A DNA stretch of 32,000 nt, from positions 30,001 to 62,000 of the forward strand of contig BAAFSQ010000003.1 in NCBI GenBank assembly GCA_054661495.1, written 5' to 3'. The notes beneath the pieces were generated by a model. The model ran no database searches. It saw nothing but the letters and a program-made list of their open reading frames with translations, and had not been told where the DNA came from. The stretch comes from Zygophlyctis sp. KS116. Its lineage: Eukaryota > Fungi > Chytridiomycota. The translations under genes were made by a program, and so were the position numbers. Positions 24,885 to 32,000 of the stretch are shown here, piece by piece. Every line of letters begins with the position of its first letter. Position 1 is the first letter of the stretch.

Positions 24885-26315
24885 TTAAATTTTTCTATTT
24901 TTCCAAATCAAGACACAAGACTCTTCCAAGAGAATCATTTGTGGTAGAATTTCTACTACATCTAGATCCTTGATTGAATACCAAGAGTCTTTAGGTGCAT
25001 TATACACGTGTACATGATATGATCCATCTTCCATATTTCCAGAATGACATATATTAGCTACAAGATCATATCTTGTTTCAGTCTCTTGTGAGATTCCAGT
25101 TGTATCTAATAAATTAATTAAACTAAATTACATTCACGCATATCAAGTCCTTTAATAGGAAAATTCACAATTGTAGGATTCTTTTCATACTTGAAATTAG
25201 ATCTTGTAAATCTTTTAAAGATTAGAATTAAATATGATGGTAGAGATGTAAGAGTAGACCGTTTTAAAGTATTTTCAGAATCAAAAATAGTTTTTCCATC
25301 ATATTTTTCTAGTAATTTTGTTAAAGATACTTGAGGGATAATATTTGCTTCTAATTCATCTTGAAAAAGAGGAGGAGGAGGTAAATCTAGAGTTAAAGCC
25401 AAAAATGGACCAGTTTTAGACTTAATTTCTATAAATTATTATTTTTTTAAAATTACCTCTTTTTAAATCCAATTTCTTTCCTAAAATACCAACAGTCTGA
25501 GATTCAATTTTTACAGATCCTTGAAATGTTTCATAAATTAAATCTATAAAGTTTTAAAAAATAGAAAAATACTAGACTTTTGCTTTTTAGAAAACTGATT
25601 TAAAGTCCAAATTAAAAATTCCCAAGGCTCTTTTTGTTGAACTAGACTAAACTTTTTTCCACTAGAATCAGAGACTTGCTAATATTTTAGAATTTTAAAT
25701 TTACTTGAACAAATTCATGAGGTGAAACATGACCTTTAAAAGCACGAGTATTCCACATTTTTCTAATTAAAGTCCCAAATCTCTTGATCAACTCTTTAGC
25801 TCCATCTTCTTGTTTAGAAAGAAAAAAGTTTCGAAGAGGTAAAACTTGATTCAGTCCTTGAACAATAACATTTACGTAATCATTAGATTTAATATTGTTA
25901 AGTCCAACATAACCCGGTATAAAACTTTTTCCCGATAAATCAGTACAAACAGCTGTTGATTTTGAAATTGATTCTACTTGATCTTTAGTAAATACAGGAT
26001 CAAGAACATATTTTATATCATTTAATGATGAGTCTAGCACTTGATAGTTATCAGGTAAAATATAGATTTTTCCGGAACTTAAGTTGATAAATGGATGATG
26101 ATCTGTTTCTATAGAATGATAATATGCCCAAGTATTTAGTCCTCTTCCTTGAAAGTATTTTCCACAGACTAAACATCCATATACATTTACATGTTCCAGA
26201 CACACCGAACACAATTTCTCTAAAATTAATCATTAAATGTACCAAAGTCAAAATCAAGGACTGATCGGTTGATTGTATCAAGCCAAAGTGAATCCGTCTT
26301 GATCTTCTTATTCAT
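24885..26315 (-). CDS. SAD1: U4/U6.U5 tri-snRNP protein Sad1/USP39
   Basis: 'LDTINRSVLDFDFEKLCSV', 'VYGCLVCGKYFQGRG', 'PGYVGLNNIK.NDY', 'FKGHVSPHE', 'LTLDLPPPPLFQD', 'EKNPTIVNFP'. Five micro-introns including the 23-nt 26220..26242. Confidence 0.93.
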
Positions 26316-26353
26316 TAACCCAATTCTTCACCTACGATTTTACATTTTCAAAT

Positions 26354-28375
26354 TCATTCTTTATTAATAAAACTTGATCTAGATTTAATCTGGCTAGAGC
26401 CCTGAGAACTCTGGGCTTCAGAGTTTTGGGAATCTTCACTTTTATGAAATATGCCACCAGACTTTTGCAATTGTTGAATTTGATATTGTGTTTGATGTGC
26501 TTGTTTTTGTGCTTGTTGCATCATGGCCTTGACTGTTGCTGAGCGTTCAGATGATTCATTCTTCTTTTTTAAGAATTTATCTCCAAGATTCACACTAGGT
26601 CCCTTGGGGAGTCTCTTCTTGATTGAGGCTGGTATGACTGCACGAACTACAGAGCTTGGTGGTGGTCCGCCATAAGGAAGTGTGCCAAGAGGACTCGGAT
26701 GAAAAGAGATTTGTTCAAAATGTGCAGGTTTGTTGATGTAAAATTTATATTCGTCTTCTTTGGGTGCATGTGTTATTGTTCGGAATTTGAGATTACTAAA
26801 ATTATTTTCAAATTTACTTACTTTAATAAGTCTTCTTCTAAAGGAATAAAGTCTGGATCTGAATTAAATTCATCAGAGCTGTTATCATAACGGTTCTTTT
26901 CAAGATTTTTTTGGAAATTTTCATACAATTCTCTAGAATCAAAAACTAGAGGAGAATCTAGATTTCGTACTTTATACTCGGGCTTTCGAGATAAATGACG
27001 ATCTATAATTTGTCGTCCTCCACGTCCAAAACGCTTGCGGATATATAAATTTGACTTTTTGTCCATGGGAATAGATATTAAATCATTATGTTTACACCAG
27101 TATGAAGCTATCGGTGGTTTGGGTATTGAAGTACTCTAAAACGTTTAAAAAAATAAGCTTACATCAGTCAAATCTACCCATCCATCCTTCTCTTCTGTCA
27201 ATTTATGTTTTTGAACTTGTTCTTGTAAAGAAAGAAGAAAAAGACCATGTGAAGAGGTATCCATATCATGTACAAATGAAGATGCATCTTTAAACTTTGA
27301 TGCAGGTATACGAATTTTAGTTGAATCTCTAAGTTTTAAAAAATCCAATTAAATAATACCTGGAATCTTCTATTCTTTTCAGTTTCTTCCTTGGCCGAAC
27401 CAGCGGAGCTATATCCCAATCCCTATCAGTAATCTGAATCCCCAATTTCTTTTTTAATTTTCTAATCTTTACACGCTCTTCAAAAATCTGAATATCATAT
27501 TCTAGAGCCTCCTTTTTGCAATTCTCTCTAGCCACTACTAAATTTAAGATTTCTCTTGCTTGTAAAAGCTCATTTCTTAATCTTGTCAATTTCTCCAATG
27601 ATTGTCCATCTGATCTTCTCATCTTTCTCAATGGTTTTAATTCTCTTCTTCTAAAACATACATAAGGATCTGAATCTGGTTTATCCGACAATTCTTCAAA
27701 CTTTTCTGATTAATTTATACTAGATACCTTTAATTTTGGAATAATTGACTTTCCTCCCCGTGTACCATACCTCCTATCTTTCCAATATTGTATTATTTGA
27801 GTGAAAACATTATTATTTAGAGAGTCTTTATCTAATGCTTCTAAAACACTACAACAATCTTGTAAATTTGGTTCTTCTGTCCCCCTTTCATCCCCCAATT
27901 TTTCCAAAGTCCAGAGTAATTCTTCAAATAATTCTTCAGAAATTGCAGTATCCGCATTTTCCTGCCATTTCCCTAAAAATTCCAAATCTTTTTCATCTAA
28001 ATCATACGGAATCCCTCTAGAGTCTTCAATAAAAGCAGAAAATCTGATTAAACTCTTTGGCAGAGAATAATCTCCACTATAAAAACTTGAATAATTTGGC
28101 CAAACTTTTGAGGCATCGGGCGTTGGAATGACTACAGTCCCTAGCGTATTATTTTGTGAAGCTATGAGAGCGGCTTGTAGATGATGTTCCTCTTCTTCTT
28201 CCTTTTCTACACCGGTTGCAAAAGTTGGAATATTACGATTCAGAACAGCATTTTGGTCAATCAGCGGTAAATCGCAAAGTTTAAAAACTAGAAGGGGTTT
28301 CTTAAAATCGAATTTCCGGGACCTTAGTGAAGATGATGATGGAGTGCCATTGGTAGAATGGCCTGTTGTTGGCAT
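26354..28375 (-). CDS. EPL1: Enhancer of polycomb-like (NuA4 subunit)
   Basis: 'TGVEKEEEEEHHLQAAL', 'IPTPDA', 'YDLDEKD', 'YWKDRR', 'DPYVCFRRRE', 'RKRFGRGGR.IIDR'. Four micro-introns; first in-frame ATG at 28375. Confidence 0.92.
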
Positions 28376-28506
28376 TGTAGAGTTGCTCTTTTCTGCTCTG
28401 ACGCCAAAGGGTTCGCGCTTAAAGGTTTCTGATTGCTTTAATACGCGATAATTATAACACAATAAGTCTTTTTCTAGTGCCAAGATCTACTAGTTAGTCT
28501 ACAATC

Positions 28507-28851
28507 ATGAAGGAATCGCCAACAAATCTAAATTCTGATCAAGAATTCTTAAAGACAAATCTCACTCTATTTCTTTCTAGAGTCATAAAGACTATTATGG
28601 GACTAGTCAAGGAAAGAAATTATAGAAGGAAAAAATATCCAAGATATACTAAAACAGTCACTATTCTAGATGTTAGAGCGGCTCTAATGCTTTTGGAATA
28701 TCCGATTCCAGAGTATTTAAATAAATTAGGAGATATTTCACGAGACATGGCTCTAAAACAGGAAAATACTATTACTAAAGAGTCTAATTTTAAGAGGAAA
28801 TCTACAAGGAGACTGATTAAATCTGATCAAATCATTCAAGACTCGGAGTAA
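28507..28851 (+). CDS. Small basic protein with a partial H4-like histone fold
   Basis: 'LTLFLSRVIK...KTVTILDVRAAL' resembles histone H4 alpha2-L2-alpha3 'LKVFLENVIR...KTVTAMDVVYAL'. Confidence 0.55.
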   Translation: MKESPTNLNSDQEFLKTNLTLFLSRVIKTIMGLVKERNYRRKKYPRYTKTVTILDVRAALMLLEYPIPEYLNKLGDISRDMALKQENTITKESNFKRKSTRRLIKSDQIIQDSE

Positions 28852-28898
28852 ATTTTTTTAGCAAGTTTTAAAATTTTTCTTGTTCTTATCAGTTGATA

Positions 28899-29657
28899 AT
28901 GAATTATATTCCAAAATCAAGAGTAGGAAGAGGATTATTGTTGACTCTAGTGTCTTCAACTGCTTATTTTTCCTATGATAGATATCAGTATATGATTATA
29001 AACCAAGATTTAGAGAAGAAATTCAAGGTTTTTGGATCTCTACCTATTAAACCTGGTGATCCATCAGATAAATTAAAGATTTATATTGCTCCTAGTTTTT
29101 ATGCCATGAATTGGTTTAATTCTTATATTAGACCTTTTTTATATATTGGAGGGATGGATTATGAATTGGTTCAAAAGGAATTAGATCAAATACAAGAGGA
29201 TGTAGTCAATACAATTAAAAATAGTAGAGACCGTTGGATTACTCAAACAATTAAAATTAGAGATAGGACTTGGATTGAATATTTTAGAGGGATTGATGCT
29301 CCTACTAAAGATATTCTAAAAGTCCAAAATGAATTTAAAGGGATTGTAGGAGTTGGACCCGAAGTTTATGATTTAGTTTTGGCTGGATATGATCATGGAG
29401 TGCATTGTACCAAGGAGAGTCATGTTGAAGACTGTACTAATTCAGAAAAATCAGAAAATTTAGAAAATCTAGAGCCGTCAAGGATTACAGCAACAGTGGA
29501 GGATTACAAAAATTATCCAACTTTATTTAATCTTCCAGGAAAGGAACAAACAGGATGGAGAGGATTTCCGAAAAGAATATTTTGGGCTTTTAATCAAAGA
29601 TGGATTTTACAGCAAGTTGGAGATGAATTGGTAGAAATATTCAAAAAAGTTGAATAG
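28899..29657 (+). CDS. TIM54: Mitochondrial TIM22 complex subunit Tim54
   Basis: N-terminal TM followed by 'YDRYQ', 'KLKIYIAP', 'F.SYIRPFL...GMDYELV' and C-terminal 'GWRGFPKRI.WAFNQR...VG'. Confidence 0.75.
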   Translation: MNYIPKSRVGRGLLLTLVSSTAYFSYDRYQYMIINQDLEKKFKVFGSLPIKPGDPSDKLKIYIAPSFYAMNWFNSYIRPFLYIGGMDYELVQKELDQIQEDVVNTIKNSRDRWITQTIKIRDRTWIEYFRGIDAPTKDILKVQNEFKGIVGVGPEVYDLVLAGYDHGVHCTKESHVEDCTNSEKSENLENLEPSRITATVEDYKNYPTLFNLPGKEQTGWRGFPKRIFWAFNQRWILQQVGDELVEIFKKVE

Positions 29658-29660
29658 ATT

Positions 29661-30636
29661 TTAGAAAATAAATGCTTCTTGATCATACTCTTTTCCTAAA
29701 TTCATGTATGAGAATTTATCTGATCTGTTCATGAATGCTTTTGCAAAGAATATTAGAGCACGGAGCAACATAAATAGTAAAAATGATAATCCTCCAACCT
29801 CTCCAAGCCAGTTATCCATATCTAAAGTTAGGAATGATTTTTCATAAGTAACTTCAAGTTTGGGATATCTAAATTGAAGAATTAAATAATTTCCCAAGAC
29901 TGAAGTTGCATTTCCATTAGAAACAATTTCAATTGAAGAAGGTTTAACTTCATAGACTAGATTAGATTTTCCGTATTGATCGATTTCATAAACTTTTCTA
30001 ACTATTAAAAATTTAAAATTACTTTGAAATGATTTGAGTTGCAGTTCCTGTTCCTGCTCCGAAAAAGTTGTCAAAACTCATATTTGGCTTTACATCTCTG
30101 CCATTATGAGCATGAGCAATAACAAAAAGCCCTGAAGGAGATCCTCTTATTTGACCTGATACACTTGCAGTAATTGTAAGTATATCTCCTTCCTGAGATG
30201 CTGCAAGTGTATCACCTGGTAAATCATTTAAAGTTAAACATTCACGATCAAAACCGCTAAAGTTGACTACTCTTGAATATATTCCAGAGTCATCACAAGG
30301 AATTTTATTTCCAGTGGATGATTTAAGACCATAACAAGAGATTATCCCGGCCGTTTCTCCAACTTCCGGACAGATTGTCACTGCAGGAAATTCATAAGAC
30401 GGCGAAGGGATCTGAGATGGAAACATGTTATTTAGGAAATCAACTGAAAGATGCTGAGGTGATGCAGTAGTTCTATAAGTTGCAGGCAGTTGAGAAGCAA
30501 ACTTATGGCCTCGTACGATAGCATAAATGAATACACTGAAACCAAAGATTAACCCAAATACAAATTCCAGTCTAGCGATGATCGTCTGGCCTCTTGTATT
30601 CAATGATCGTTTAAAGAAGAGACTGTTATTGTTCAT
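29661..30636 (-). CDS. Two-TM DEG/ENaC(ASIC)-like channel subunit with a reduced ectodomain (about 316 aa)
   Basis: TM1, 'FPAVTICP', 'ECLTLN', 'GLFVIAH', 'NYLILQFRY.KL', 'WLGEVGG'+TM2 occur in the DEG/ENaC order. One 25-nt intron 29998..30022. Confidence 0.65.
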
Positions 30637-30674
30637 TTTTAGAGTTACGTCATTTGATTGTTCAAGGTTATCAG
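30637..30674. promoter_or_regulatory. 38-bp divergent intergenic region with a CRE-like TTACGTCA
   Basis: ATGs at 30636 (-) and 30675 (+); ACGTCA at 30647-30652. Confidence 0.5.
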
Positions 30675-32000
30675 ATGGAACAAGACTTTACTGACCAAGA
30701 TCTGAATGATCCCACTCTTTTGGCAGAGCTCGCAAAGCTTGGATTGTCTGATACAGTAGATGTTGTTGTAGGCCAGGTGGATCATGTTGAGATTAATACT
30801 GAATTTGATGATGTGGAAGTTGAATTTGATGATAAAGACATGGAAGATCCTGATTTACTGGTAATATGCAATCATTAATCAATAGAAAGATCTTCAGAGA
30901 CTACATGATACGGCCATTGATCGGGAAGAGACCAAAGATGATCATAATCAAGAGCATAAGACTCTTCGCAATGCAGAGGTGAATACGATCGCCAAGAATC
31001 AAGGGGAGTTGGATCAAGGAGAAGATCAGGAAGACTTGCTCAAAGAATTAATACAAGGACAAGTTTCCAAACCCATCGTTTCTCCGTCGATAGATCAATT
31101 AGAGACTTTACAAGCTAAAGCACTGGAATTAAAAAAAACGGCACTGAAATTTAAAAAGGAAAATAATTTAGTAAAGGCTAGAGAAGCTCTGATTGCTTCT
31201 AAAAAGGTTCAAGAGCAGATAGATAGAATTACTTCTGGATTTGCAGTATCTCCAGGGTTTGTGATTCCTGACTTGACTGTGCAGTCTCCAAACATTAACA
31301 GTAATAGTGGTACTACTAATTCTGTTGATGCTGCTAATGTAACCAATACGAGTAATTCGAATGAATCACGTAGATCTATAAGGAAAGAAGTTGTCTCTCC
31401 TAAAATATTACAAAAAGACATCATTCCAATCATACACGATGATCAATTTGATCCATTAAAAGAATTAGAGACAAAAATGGAATCAACAGATATTTTCAAG
31501 CATTTAAGTGATGTATTGAATGAACAGATTAAGACTTGTACGAATTTATCAGCTTACTACTTTAAATCTGGAAAGAAAGATAAAGCTTTGGAGTTTCACA
31601 AGTACAAAAAAGGATTTTTAAGTGATTTAGAAGCTTTATTAGCTTTATCAAAGACCAGTGGTGCTGCACCCCCTACTTTCTCTTATTTTAATATTGCTTA
31701 TAATATTGAAATACGGGTTTCAGAGTTGAGCATGGATGAATTACTCTTAAATATTGTAAAAGGATATGATATGAATTCTTTTCAAGGAAATGAACTCTCA
31801 ATTTCTTTTAAAATAGAAGGATTAGAAGACAATGGAGGAACAGGAGAAGTTTTATTTCAAAAAGAGAATAATCCAGGTATATGAATTTTTTAAAAATCTA
31901 GAGATTAAGTTTTCTAAAAAGATAAGTATTCAAAGAAACAAGAATTTTCAAAGGATTTTAGAACGTAAAAAGGTCCAATTAGAACTTTATTCTACCTCTA
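30675..32000 (+). CDS. CC2D1/Lgd-like protein (DM14-type helical repeats + C2 domain), runs off the window end
   Basis: 'DPTLLAEL' acidic N-terminus; DM14-like 'LQAKALELKKTALKFKKENNLVKAREAL..SK'; 'L.EQIKTC...AYY..G.K..A.EF'; C2 start 'ELSMDELLLNIVKG'. Introns 30861..30885 and 31877..31901. Confidence 0.7.

Noticed and set aside
25870-25915. Missing catalytic Cys in the USP domain (NNIKSNDY)
   Set aside because: This is the normal state of Sad1/USP39 pseudo-deubiquitinases.
28376-28483. N-terminal extension of EPL1 in the ORF track
   Set aside because: It begins at TTG and spans the divergent promoter; ATG 28375 precedes the conserved region.
29871-29895. Possible non-canonical intron (AT-rich, ends TTTAG) in the channel gene
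   Set aside because: There is no GT/GC donor, and the encoded NYLILQFRY aligns with the DEG/ENaC pre-TM2 palm strand.

Overview
AT-rich, extremely gene-dense eukaryotic DNA with about 22 protein-coding genes in 32 kb. The fragmented ORF track is explained by dozens of tiny spliceosomal introns (about 23-34 nt, GT-AG, plus one probable GC-AG). Fungal-type TIM54 together with flagellar genes (DNAI1, NME5-like, TCTEX1D, NPHP1) points to a zoosporic fungus (chytrid sensu lato); this is an inference. Genes in order: HEATR5/LAA1 (partial), F-box-like/ankyrin 1, DHX35, TopBP1/Dpb11, NPHP1, LEO1, TCTEX1D, DMC1, F-box-like/ankyrin 2, IWS1, TVP23, LOS1/XPOT, a small TM protein, NME5-like, DNAI1, VPS39, SAD1/USP39, EPL1, an H4-like histone-fold protein, TIM54, a DEG/ENaC-like two-TM channel and CC2D1/Lgd-like (partial). 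Highlights: a minimal thumb-less DEG/ENaC-like channel in a probable fungus; co-oriented genes only 9-12 bp apart; a GACGCGAA motif at the starts of three ciliary genes; a dispersed F-box-like + 31-aa ankyrin family with shared structured flanking DNA; and several stop-free 3n micro-introns. Gene models were spliced by eye and family calls rest on recalled motifs, not database searches.
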